Assembly (NCBI GenBank): GCA_964510945.1 | Contig: CAZEED010000001.1 | Coordinates: 164,577-228,576, forward strand | Direction: 5' to 3' | Source: an uncultured Candidatus Saccharibacteria bacterium | GTDB lineage: Bacteria; Patescibacteriota; Saccharimonadia; Saccharimonadales; JAGQNJ01 | DNA: 64,000 nt | Shown here: positions 26,923-36,123 of the stretch, piece after piece | Position numbering within the stretch: the stretch's first letter is position 1 | Layout: each line of letters opens with the position of its first letter | The notes under the pieces: generated by a model | Databases searched by the model: none | The model's input: the letters and a program-made list of their open reading frames with translations, nothing else | What the model was told of the DNA's origin: nothing | Program-made: the position numbers and the translations under genes

Positions 26923-27061
26923 CCAAGAGATTTTAAGCCAAATAAAAATAGATGGCGCTTTGGGTGCAATGATCATCGAAGATCAACCCACGCATTCCAT
27001 CTACCCTGTAATCTTAACAAAACATAACCCCGAAGTCAACAAAGTCAAGGTAAAGACATGA
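26912..27061 (+). CDS. possible 49-aa coupling ORF (MPSNQEILSQIKIDGALGAMIIEDQPTHSIYPVILTKHNPEVNKVKVKT)
   Basis: Fills the DUF3800-hsdM gap exactly. It overlaps the DUF3800 stop by 11 nt, and its TGA overlaps the hsdM ATG (ATGA). It is below the ORF-track length cutoff. Confidence 0.3.
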   Translation: MPSNQEILSQIKIDGALGAMIIEDQPTHSIYPVILTKHNPEVNKVKVKT

Positions 27062-28806
27062 GTAGTTCGCCAAAGAATCAAGCAGCATTAATTTGGAATA
27101 TCGCGGATATCTTGCGGGGTGGGTGGAAGCAGTACGAGTATCAGAACGTTATTTTGCCACTAGTTGTGCTAAAGCGTATTGATAGCGTACTCGCAAAGAA
27201 CAAACAAAAAGTGATCGAGACCAGTAACCAAATGGCTGATCGCGTATCAGACAGTGGTTTGGACAAGTTTTTACAAAAAGCCGCGCACACGCAGTTTTAT
27301 AACACCAGCCCATATGATTTCCAGAAGCTTTTAGAAGATAGCGAAAACGTTTACACCAATTTTATTGCCTACCTAGATGGTTTTAGTCCCAACATTCGTG
27401 ACATCGTGCAGAAGTTTGGTTTTGATGAGCAGATTAAGAAACTCAAGAGCAACAAAATTCTTTACCTGGTACTAAAAGAGCTGGATAAAGTTGACCTCAA
27501 CCCCGAGCACGTTACCAATCATGATATGGGTTACATTTTTGAAGAGCTTATTCGCAAGTTCAACGAGCAGTCTAACGAAACGGCCGGGGAACACTACACA
27601 CCACGCGAAGTTATTCGACTCATGACCCGCATCTTGCTCGAGCCAGATGCTGATAAAATTAAAGGTGAAAGTAAAATTATAGAAATTTACGATCCGTGCT
27701 GCGGTACTGGCGGTATGCTCACTATTAGCAAAGAGCACATTCTGCAAGATATTAACCCCAAAGCGATGGTCTATCTCTACGGCCAGGAGCTCAACAGCCA
27801 AACTTACGCCATTGCTAAATCTGACATTCTAATAAAAGGCGAAGATGCCGACCTAATAAAAGGGGGTAGTGGTGAACATAGCGAGGATAGCACACTCAGT
27901 AACGATCAATTCTACGACAAAACGTTTGACTACGTTATAGCCAATCCGCCTTACGGTGTTGATTGGAAAAAAGATAAAGAAGCAGTTGAGGCCGAAGCTG
28001 CCCGCGGTGAGGCCGGAAGGTTCCCCGCCGGTACGCCAGCAGTTAGTGATGCGCAATTATTATTCTTGCAGCATATGGTAAGCAAAATGCGACCTATTAG
28101 CGAAGGCGGCGGGCGAGTAGCGGTAGTACATAATGGCTCACCACTATTTACAGGTGCAGCTGGAAGTGGGCCAAGTAATATTCGTAAATACTTGTTAGAA
28201 AACGATTTGCTTGAGGCAATTATTGCCTTGCCAACTAACATGTTCTACAACACTGGCATTGCTACCTACATTTGGGTACTAACAAATCGTAAAGAAGACG
28301 TACGTAAAGACAAAGTACAGCTGATAGATGCCAGCCAGATATTCCATAAACTCCGCAAAAATCTGGGTGACAAGAATAAAGAACTCACGACAGAAGACAT
28401 AGAAAAGATTTTTGAGCTGTATACAGATTTTGCAGAGAGTAAAAAGAGCAAGATATTTGATACTACCGAGTTTGGCTACACCCAGGTAACAGTTGAGCGC
28501 CCAGAGTTTGATGAAAAAGGAAACGTTATAACCGATAGCAAAGGCAAGCCAAAACCAGATACTAGCAATCGCGACACCGAAAACATTCCACTGAGTGACG
28601 ATATTAATGAATATTTTGAAAGAGAAGTGAAGCCGCACGTCCGAGACGCCTGGATGGACCGAAAAAAAGACAAAGTTGGCTACGAGATACCGTTCAACCG
28701 CTATTTTTACGAATACGTACCACCACGTGATCTAGAAGAAATTGATAATGATTTGCAGAAAGCAACGAAAGAAATCCTCGATCTCCTAAATAAGGTAACT
28801 GAATAA
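27058..28806 (+). CDS. hsdM: type I restriction-modification system, methyltransferase subunit
   Basis: Motif I DPCCGTGGML and motif IV ANPPYG. 582 aa. Confidence 0.95.
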   Translation: MSSSPKNQAALIWNIADILRGGWKQYEYQNVILPLVVLKRIDSVLAKNKQKVIETSNQMADRVSDSGLDKFLQKAAHTQFYNTSPYDFQKLLEDSENVYTNFIAYLDGFSPNIRDIVQKFGFDEQIKKLKSNKILYLVLKELDKVDLNPEHVTNHDMGYIFEELIRKFNEQSNETAGEHYTPREVIRLMTRILLEPDADKIKGESKIIEIYDPCCGTGGMLTISKEHILQDINPKAMVYLYGQELNSQTYAIAKSDILIKGEDADLIKGGSGEHSEDSTLSNDQFYDKTFDYVIANPPYGVDWKKDKEAVEAEAARGEAGRFPAGTPAVSDAQLLFLQHMVSKMRPISEGGGRVAVVHNGSPLFTGAAGSGPSNIRKYLLENDLLEAIIALPTNMFYNTGIATYIWVLTNRKEDVRKDKVQLIDASQIFHKLRKNLGDKNKELTTEDIEKIFELYTDFAESKKSKIFDTTEFGYTQVTVERPEFDEKGNVITDSKGKPKPDTSNRDTENIPLSDDINEYFEREVKPHVRDAWMDRKKDKVGYEIPFNRYFYEYVPPRDLEEIDNDLQKATKEILDLLNKVTE

Positions 28807-28807
28807 A

Positions 28808-30061
28808 ATGGCACTCGCGACTTATCAAAGCACCAAAGATTCTGGCACTGCATGGCTTGGAACTATTCCCAAGTCTTGGGATTTGCGAAGAATCGGCAAT
28901 ACGTTTACTCAACGTAATGAGAGAGTCAGCGACAAAGATTTTCAGCCACTGTCAGTCACGAAAAAAGGCGTAGTGCTGCAATTAGATACAGCTGCAAAAA
29001 CCAATGATGGCGATAATCGTAAGAAAGTGATAGCTGGTGACTTTGTTATTAATAGCCGCTCTGATCGCAAAGGATCGAGCGGATTATCAGAGTTAGATGG
29101 CTCTGTGTCACTCATAAGCACCGTAATAAGATCAAGCGAACTTGAGCCACGATATACACACCATTTGCTTCGAAGTTATCCTTTCCAAGAAGAATTTTAT
29201 CGTTGGGGCCAAGGAATTGTGGCCGATTTATGGTCTACAAACTATCAGCGCATGAAAAATATTGCTATCCCAGTACCAAGCGCTGCTGAACAGAAAAAAG
29301 TTGCGGATTTTTTGGATGTTGAGACGGCAAAAATTGATAATTTGATTGCCAAGCAAGAAAAGCTGCTAAAATTGCTGGAAGAAAAACGCCGCGCAACCAT
29401 AACCCACGCCGTCACCCGCGGCCTAGACCCAGAAGTAAAACTTAAAGAAACCAACATTCCCTGGCTCGGCAAAATACCCACACATTGGGATATAGCCAGA
29501 ACTGCAAGATTATTTGCAGTAAATAAGGAAAGTAATACAAAATTAGATTCATTGAAACCCATGAAGTATGGTTTTGGAGAAATAGTTCCAAAACAAGTAG
29601 ATATTAATGAAAACACACAAGAAGAACTCAGAAGATATTTGTTAATACAGCCACAAGATATTATGATCAATGGCTTAAACCTAAACTATGACTTTATTAC
29701 ACAGCGAGTAGCCATCGTAAAGACAGGTGGCTGCATGACTCCTGCATACATATCCCTTAGAAAACGTAATGAGGGAGTAGTACCTGAGTACTATAAGTAC
29801 TTACTGAAGGCGCTTGACAGTCAGAAAGTGCTGAATGGCTGGGGTAATGGTATTAGGTTAACCCTCAATTATTCCGAGCTTAAAAAGAAGGAATTAGCAA
29901 AGCCACCCACCGATGAACAATTAAAAATTGTCGAATATCTGGATAAATATATAGAGAAAAGCGATGATTTAAAGCAAAAAATCCAAGAGCAAATCAAGCT
30001 CCTCAAAGAGCGCCGCACAAGTCTTATCAGCCACGCCGTAACCGGAAAAATAAAAGTATGA
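28808..30061 (+). CDS. hsdS: type I R-M specificity subunit
   Basis: Two target-recognition regions separated by conserved helical spacers (AEQKKVADFLD...IDNLI and EQLKIVEYLD...LKERRTSLISHAVTGKI). Confidence 0.9.
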   Translation: MALATYQSTKDSGTAWLGTIPKSWDLRRIGNTFTQRNERVSDKDFQPLSVTKKGVVLQLDTAAKTNDGDNRKKVIAGDFVINSRSDRKGSSGLSELDGSVSLISTVIRSSELEPRYTHHLLRSYPFQEEFYRWGQGIVADLWSTNYQRMKNIAIPVPSAAEQKKVADFLDVETAKIDNLIAKQEKLLKLLEEKRRATITHAVTRGLDPEVKLKETNIPWLGKIPTHWDIARTARLFAVNKESNTKLDSLKPMKYGFGEIVPKQVDINENTQEELRRYLLIQPQDIMINGLNLNYDFITQRVAIVKTGGCMTPAYISLRKRNEGVVPEYYKYLLKALDSQKVLNGWGNGIRLTLNYSELKKKELAKPPTDEQLKIVEYLDKYIEKSDDLKQKIQEQIKLLKERRTSLISHAVTGKIKV

Positions 30062-30693
30062 CAATTATATTAGACCCGCTGAATACATCAGACTTAATAG
30101 CCATACTCGGCATAATCATTGGCATAATGGTTTCGTATTTTATCTACAAGCTCACTACAAGAATTACTTTTTTCGAATCGATGAAACATAGATCTGAAAT
30201 ACAAACCGTACTCGCGAAGAAGATATCAGAAATAGCAAAAGGTCAAAACGCTAAAGTTGAATTCTATAATGTGAGGCTATTCAAAAATGATCATTTTAAA
30301 AACAACAATCGTCATTGGCTTTGGGGATACAGATACCGTGCTGCAGAGCTAGAGTCGTTTGGTGTTGATGGGGTAGAAGTAATTCGTATAGGTACAGAAA
30401 TACAACACCGAGGCAAGAAGATTAGCGCGCTAAAAGTCGGGCTCGTACCCTATAAGTACATTCAATATATAGATGCGGATGGCGACGATACTACAAATCG
30501 AATGATTATTTACGCAAAATGCCCAGCGTACAAATTCCCATTTAAGAAGACATATTATTATAAGATCAATAAAGACAAGACAATAGAGAAGTACTTCAGG
30601 CTAAATCTAACAATGGATGACAAACTGTACCTGCTAAGCGAATGGTTTAAGCGAAAGTATGGCTACTATAAGAACAGGAGAAAGCATGCTTGA
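30058..30693 (+). CDS. hypothetical membrane-anchored protein embedded in the R-M operon
   Basis: ATGA overlap with the hsdS stop. One N-terminal TM helix (LIAILGIIIGIMVSYFIY) and a Lys/Tyr-rich soluble domain. No motif recognised. Confidence 0.6.
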   Translation: MTIILDPLNTSDLIAILGIIIGIMVSYFIYKLTTRITFFESMKHRSEIQTVLAKKISEIAKGQNAKVEFYNVRLFKNDHFKNNNRHWLWGYRYRAAELESFGVDGVEVIRIGTEIQHRGKKISALKVGLVPYKYIQYIDADGDDTTNRMIIYAKCPAYKFPFKKTYYYKINKDKTIEKYFRLNLTMDDKLYLLSEWFKRKYGYYKNRRKHA

Positions 30694-31411
30694 CCAGTAT
30701 GAAGTAGCTGAGCGTGTTGTTAATGCCGGATTTGGAAGCGGAGCCATTGGGGTTTATAAGTCCGAAATAGTAAGGATTATCCAGGAACGGGTCGGGGGAT
30801 TATGTGCTGACCATCGAACGTTTGTCTATGTGCGTGCAAAGAATTTGCACAAGGATCAAGGGCTGGGTGGCGGCAATATAACTTCGGCTCTTGCAGCCTT
30901 TAGCGCACTAAGCCTTCTAACAAAGATCTGCTACTTTATCGACAAGCCCCAAAGGTTCACACCTGATGACGCTTTGTACTTTACTGTAAATGAGACGGAC
31001 GCTTTCAGTTATTTTATAAAACTACTCTCCCGTAACGGCATAGAGCTGGGAGTAGGAAAAGACGATACAGAGGGGCAAAGATTGATATGGAATGGATTTA
31101 GAGATTACCTTGCCCATTTAGGAACAGCGGAGCACGGTAAGCAAATCGTGACATTTGAGTTTAAGCAGCCCCGACGTGATCAACCTGCACCCACATTGGA
31201 TGCTAGGTTCAAGAAAATGTCCGAGTGGCAAGTATTTGAGCATGACGGTGGCGGCCGCAACTGGCGTGTATACATTGATGTGCTATTTGCAAAGATAGAG
31301 AGCATCATTCTGCCATTTGTGGTTTCTAAAGTTATCGAATATACCGTAGATAAAGACATAGCAGCAAGAAATCTTTATAAGTTAGTGTCGGGGGAGAAAG
31401 ACTTACCATGA
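30686..31411 (+). CDS. hypothetical cytoplasmic protein embedded in the R-M operon
   Basis: The ATG at 30686 lies 5 nt after AGGAG and overlaps the upstream stop by 8 nt. Its TGA overlaps the hsdR ATG. 241 aa with no motif recognised. Confidence 0.6.
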   Translation: MLDQYEVAERVVNAGFGSGAIGVYKSEIVRIIQERVGGLCADHRTFVYVRAKNLHKDQGLGGGNITSALAAFSALSLLTKICYFIDKPQRFTPDDALYFTVNETDAFSYFIKLLSRNGIELGVGKDDTEGQRLIWNGFRDYLAHLGTAEHGKQIVTFEFKQPRRDQPAPTLDARFKKMSEWQVFEHDGGGRNWRVYIDVLFAKIESIILPFVVSKVIEYTVDKDIAARNLYKLVSGEKDLP

Positions 31412-34383
31412 TAAATCTAAAAGAAATCAACTTCGAAAAATACATTACTGATTATTTAGTTGATGCTAATGAATATGTGCTCAGAGGTGCAGATAAGAAT
31501 AGCGTTGCGGTAAAAGATAAAGATTATGACCGGGCGTTAGCAATCGATGTTGGCGCAATGCAGCAGTTTATAGAAACTACACAGCCAGATGAGTGGGCTC
31601 GGCTAGTAGACCAATATGGCGCAGAAGATGCGGCGTTGCAGTTTGCTCGCCGAGTCGACCAAGATCTAACTGGTGTGAGTGTACTACAGATACTACGTGA
31701 TGGAGTAAGCGATAGGGGCGTGCATGTAGACTTTATGTACAATAAGCCTAATTCGGCTATAAATACCGAGCACTATAATCTCTATAACCAAAATATTTTT
31801 AGCGTACAGCGACAAGTTTACTTTAGCCCACGCGATGAGCGGTCTGTAGATATGGTGCTGTTCCTCAACGGTTTACCAATAGTTACTATGGAGCTCAAAA
31901 ACCAGCTAACAGGGCAGAATTATAACCACGCAATCTACCAATACCGAACAGAGCGTAAACCTAACGATAAACTCTTTAGTTTTAAGCGCTGTCTTGTGCA
32001 TTTTGCAGTAGATAACAACGAAGTACATATGACTACTGAAGTAAAAGGCCTTTCCACAAAATTCTTACCGTTCAACAAAGGTAATAAAAACGGTGCAGGC
32101 AACCCACCGGTAGATGGTAAATTCGCCTCACATTACTTATGGGAAGATGTACTAACAAAAGACAGTATTCTAGAGCTGGTGTCTAACTTTATGCATGTTC
32201 AGGTAGAAAAGAGCAAAGACAAAAAGACTGGACGGGTAACAAAAAAAGAAACGCAGCTATTCCCACGCTATCACCAACGCGATGTTGTGTTGCGTCTACT
32301 TGCTGACGCTAAAGAATTTGGCGCTGGTAAAAACTACCTCGTACAACATAGTGCCGGCTCTGGTAAGTCTAACTCTATTGCTTGGACGGCGCATAATCTG
32401 GCCAACCTATATGACGATAATGACGAAAAGGTCTTTGATAAAATAATTGTAATTGTAGATAGGCGCATCCTCGACAAGCAGTTGCGGCAAACCGTAACGC
32501 AATTTGAAAAACAGCGAGATGAAGTAAAAGGCGCAAAAACATCAGCCGAGCTAAAAGCTGCATTGCAAGATAAAACCAAAATTATAGTATCAACATTGCA
32601 AAAGTTCCCCGTTATTGTCGACACTATGGAAAATTTGCAAGGCAAAAAATTTGCTGTGATTGCTGATGAAGCTCACAGTAGCCAGAGCGGTGAAAGCACC
32701 AAAGCCTTAAAGCAAACCCTAAGTAATCTAGAAACTGCAGAAGTCGAAGATGAGGCGAATAGCGAAGCCGAAGACCCCGAAACTCAAATGGCACTGCAGG
32801 CGCAAGCGGCGCGAGGTAAACTGAGCCACGTGAGTTTCTTTGCTTTTACGGCTACGCCAAAGCAAAAAACGCTAGAATTATTTGGCCAACGTGGCTCTGA
32901 CGGGCAATTTTATCCATTTAGTTTGTACAGCATGAAGCAAGCAATAGAAGAAGGATTCATCCTTGATGTTCTAAAAAACTACACTACGCACAAAGTATAT
33001 TTTGAACTAGTAAAAAAAGTAAAAGAACATGACCCAGAGTTTGAAAAGAGTAAGGCTTACCGGCTAGCCATCAGCTTTGCCGACCTTCATGCATCTGGTA
33101 TAGAGAAAAAGGCCGAATTAATTGTTGAACACTTCCGTTCGCAAATAGAAAAACTAATTCGTGGTCAATCTAAAGCTATGATAGTTACTAAATCGCGATT
33201 GCATGCGGTGCGCTACTTCCAAACGGTGCGCGATTACCTAGCCAAGCAAGGGTACCCAATTAAAGCGATGGTGGCGTTCTCGGGTGAAATAAATGGTGAA
33301 ACTGAGTCTAGTTTAAATGGATTCCCAGAGAGTCAGACTGCTGATACATTTGATGAGCAAGATGAATACAAATTTTTAGTAGTGGCTAATAAGTACCAAA
33401 CAGGCTTTGACCAACCAAAGCTAGATGCCATGTATGTGGATAAGAAGCTCGGAGGTGTTGGAGCAGTGCAAACTCTAAGCCGCTTAAACCGCACAATGGA
33501 GTATAAGGAGGACGTATTTATACTTGACTTCGTAAACGGAACTGACGATATTCAAGCAGCGTTTGAGCCATATTACACCAGCACAATTTTATCTGAAGCA
33601 ACTGACCCGAATATTTTGTACGACGTAAAAAGAGACCTGCTAGCAGCCGGCGTATTTACAATTGAAGACGTGCTGCAACATTACGGCTTGCTAATTACCA
33701 ATAACGAAAAGAATCAAGCAGTTGTGGCTGGGCTACTGGATAAGGCCGTAGAAGTATTTCGGGATCAACTAGATGACGATGAGCAGGCGGATTTCCGTGA
33801 TAAGGTAGATGACTTTGTGCGGAAGTATAGCTTTATTGCACAGCTATTTACGTTTGGCGATGCTAGCCTAGAGCAGTTTTATGAATATGCTCGTAACCTA
33901 CGTAAGAAAATTCCTAAACAAAAAGAGGAGTTACCAACAGGGTTATTAGATGAAATCGATTTGAGCAGCATGGCCATATCAAAAGGCGTAAAGCATAAAA
34001 TTGGTCTAACTGAGGGCGAAGGCGCGCTCGAACCAATGACGAGCAACGGTCGCAGCACAAAACCACCTACTGAAATGGAGCGATTATCTCTAATAATTAA
34101 AAGTATTAATGAGCAGTATGGGCTGCCAGAAGATATGGAAGTTGATGGCTTGGCATTGATTACACGAGTCAAAGAACGTGAAGACGTTATTAAGGCAATA
34201 GCCAACAACCCGCGTGGGGCAGCAAAGACTAGATTTTCTCAGGTATTCGAAGAGGAACTTATGAAGATGTTTAGTGAACGAGCTGACTTTTTCCATGCCC
34301 TAGATAGCGACACGTCGCTAAAAGAAAACATCTCAGAGAAAGTATTTAATGAGTTATATAATTCGAAAGTGAGTAAAATATGA
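31408..34383 (+). CDS. hsdR: type I restriction enzyme, R (helicase-nuclease) subunit
   Basis: Walker A QHSAGSGKS, DEAH box VIADEAHSSQSG, QTLSRLNR. 991 aa. Confidence 0.95.
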   Translation: MINLKEINFEKYITDYLVDANEYVLRGADKNSVAVKDKDYDRALAIDVGAMQQFIETTQPDEWARLVDQYGAEDAALQFARRVDQDLTGVSVLQILRDGVSDRGVHVDFMYNKPNSAINTEHYNLYNQNIFSVQRQVYFSPRDERSVDMVLFLNGLPIVTMELKNQLTGQNYNHAIYQYRTERKPNDKLFSFKRCLVHFAVDNNEVHMTTEVKGLSTKFLPFNKGNKNGAGNPPVDGKFASHYLWEDVLTKDSILELVSNFMHVQVEKSKDKKTGRVTKKETQLFPRYHQRDVVLRLLADAKEFGAGKNYLVQHSAGSGKSNSIAWTAHNLANLYDDNDEKVFDKIIVIVDRRILDKQLRQTVTQFEKQRDEVKGAKTSAELKAALQDKTKIIVSTLQKFPVIVDTMENLQGKKFAVIADEAHSSQSGESTKALKQTLSNLETAEVEDEANSEAEDPETQMALQAQAARGKLSHVSFFAFTATPKQKTLELFGQRGSDGQFYPFSLYSMKQAIEEGFILDVLKNYTTHKVYFELVKKVKEHDPEFEKSKAYRLAISFADLHASGIEKKAELIVEHFRSQIEKLIRGQSKAMIVTKSRLHAVRYFQTVRDYLAKQGYPIKAMVAFSGEINGETESSLNGFPESQTADTFDEQDEYKFLVVANKYQTGFDQPKLDAMYVDKKLGGVGAVQTLSRLNRTMEYKEDVFILDFVNGTDDIQAAFEPYYTSTILSEATDPNILYDVKRDLLAAGVFTIEDVLQHYGLLITNNEKNQAVVAGLLDKAVEVFRDQLDDDEQADFRDKVDDFVRKYSFIAQLFTFGDASLEQFYEYARNLRKKIPKQKEELPTGLLDEIDLSSMAISKGVKHKIGLTEGEGALEPMTSNGRSTKPPTEMERLSLIIKSINEQYGLPEDMEVDGLALITRVKEREDVIKAIANNPRGAAKTRFSQVFEEELMKMFSERADFFHALDSDTSLKENISEKVFNELYNSKVSKI

Positions 34384-35303
34384 ACTTAGGGAAGTTTAAG
34401 AAAGTTGCGCTTAGGGAGATTTGGAAGCATGAGGCTTTAGATTTTACTAATTGGCTGGCACTAGATGAAAATCTGGAGCTTTTGAGCGATGTTTTAGAAA
34501 CCGGTATTGTAAATGCCCAAACAGAGGTGGGGGTTGGTAAATTTTCCGTAGATATCTTGGCTGAAGACGAGAATGGTCACAAAGTAATTATCGAGAACCA
34601 GCTAGAAACTACCAATCATGATCATTTGGGTAAAATTATTACCTATGCATCGGGTTTACAGGCAGAAACGATTGTTTGGGTTGTGAAAAATGCAAGGGAA
34701 GAGCACGAACAAGCTGTTAATTGGCTTAATGAAAATACAAACGAAAAAGTAAACTTTTTTCTGATAGAAATTGAAGCATGGAAAATTAATGATTCACCAC
34801 CCGCGCCTCGGTTCAACATTATTGCAAAACCAAACGACTGGGCAAAAACCATCAAAAAAAGCGCCAGCGGTAATAAGGTGTCTGACCTACAGCTGAAACA
34901 GCAGGAATTTTGGAGTCGTTTATCGGACTATGGGAAGGAGCACTCCAAATATGTAAAGACCTGGCAAAAAGGATTACCTCAAGCTTGGATGAACATAACA
35001 ATTGGGACTTCACAAGCCAACCTTGCAGCAGTTATGAACAAAGAAAGAAAACAAAATGTTGGTATCGAACTTTATATCCATGAAGATAAAAACATTTTCT
35101 ATAAACTTTTTTCTAAAAAGGATGAAATCGAGAAGGCCCTTGGGTATGAAGTCGACTGGCAAGAACTACCTGACAAAAAAGCATCTAGGGTTCTTGTCCT
35201 TCGTGATGGTGACTTTAGAGACGAAAGTATAGATACAGAATTGATAGTCTGGTTGCATCAAAAAGCAGAAGAATTTACTAAAGTTTTCAAAAAATATTTA
35301 TAA
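34380..35303 (+). CDS. DUF4268-like protein with an N-terminal PD-(D/E)xK-like nuclease core
   Basis: ATGA overlap with hsdR. FSVDILAEDENGHKVIIENQLETTNHDHLGKIITY is the pattern I associate with NucS-like/DUF4268 proteins that accompany R-M systems. Confidence 0.6.
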   Translation: MNLGKFKKVALREIWKHEALDFTNWLALDENLELLSDVLETGIVNAQTEVGVGKFSVDILAEDENGHKVIIENQLETTNHDHLGKIITYASGLQAETIVWVVKNAREEHEQAVNWLNENTNEKVNFFLIEIEAWKINDSPPAPRFNIIAKPNDWAKTIKKSASGNKVSDLQLKQQEFWSRLSDYGKEHSKYVKTWQKGLPQAWMNITIGTSQANLAAVMNKERKQNVGIELYIHEDKNIFYKLFSKKDEIEKALGYEVDWQELPDKKASRVLVLRDGDFRDESIDTELIVWLHQKAEEFTKVFKKYL

Positions 35304-35513
35304 ATGCTGTATTAGTTTCTTGGCATATGAATGTTAGGAAATATTTTTTGCATTGATAGGGATTTGTTTGTGGGGTAAAAGTACTCAAACCGATTGGGGT
35401 GTTGTTGACATACACAATATCTGCGTACAGCTGTTTGGCCTTTGGTTTTTCCTCGACTGGTGTTGTTTGCCTCTGTTTTTCCTGAATAACTTTGTCAATA
35501 CTACAACTAGTTA

Positions 35514-35667
35514 GCCGAGGACTACCCCGAATTCATACTCTAAAAACAATAATTCGGGGTGCTTGCATTCCACAGGCTGTTGTAGCTATTGACTGGAAGT
35601 TATATCAAGAACACACAGTCGGCATGGCACTTTTTGCCATACTTTTCTTGCTACTGAGAAAAGTATG
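35514..35667. repeat. right inner inverted-repeat arm
   Basis: The reverse complement of 35514-35576 equals 25135-25196 in the first 21 and last 15 nt, with two compensatory base-pair changes in the 9-bp stem. The hairpin at 35638-35667 is the inverted copy of 25048-25077. Confidence 0.75.
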
Positions 35668-35766
35668 AATTAAGTTTGTCGATACAAAGTAATGAGGTGC
35701 GAGTTTCAGCTCGAAATCATGCGTTTTGAACCCAGTCGGCACTTTGCTATTCCACTGGACAGCGGA

Positions 35767-35792
35767 TTCTTTCTACTGAGAAAAGTATGAAG
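35767..35792 (+). repeat. partial direct duplicate of the 3' half of the 35638-35667 hairpin
   Basis: TCTTTCTACTGAGAAAAGTATGAAG versus TCTTGCTACTGAGAAAAGTATGAAT. Confidence 0.6.
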
Positions 35793-35839
35793 TTTGAAAT
35801 CGCGTGTTTGCAGTAATTGTTCATGTTATATTAGTACTT

Positions 35840-36049
35840 ATGGATGATGCAGCAATCGAAGATTTAAAACAGTTTATTGCAACAACGGTGCGAAATGAAG
35901 TCGTAGCTGAAGGTGACAAAATTCGCGAAGATATGAAAGATGGTTTTGCCGGAGTAGGCGAAGCAATGTCAGATATGGGAGAGAGCGTAGATAAAACACT
36001 TGATGACCACGAACAGAGGATAAGGGCTTTAGAATCCAAGACAATATAA
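35840..36049 (+). CDS. small coiled-coil protein (paralogue of 24702-25007)
   Basis: The ATG at 35840 lies 7 nt after TATATT with no SD. 69 aa, MDDAAIEDLKQFIATTVRNEV...LDDHEQRIRALESKTI. Confidence 0.55.
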   Translation: MDDAAIEDLKQFIATTVRNEVVAEGDKIREDMKDGFAGVGEAMSDMGESVDKTLDDHEQRIRALESKTI

Positions 36050-36062
36050 ATTTTGTCCAAAG

Positions 36063-36123
36063 CATTGTACGAACAACAATTCAGTTTAAAAATGTTTTTT
36101 CCGACTAAGGCAGAAGTTTTGAA
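36063..36123. repeat. right outer inverted-repeat arm
   Basis: Inverted copy of 24398-24455 (see that entry). Confidence 0.7.

Noticed and set aside
24340-35800. CRISPR array suggested by the recurring hairpins.
   Set aside because: The copies are few, irregularly spaced, partly inverted and of different lengths. There is no repeat-spacer periodicity and there are no cas genes.
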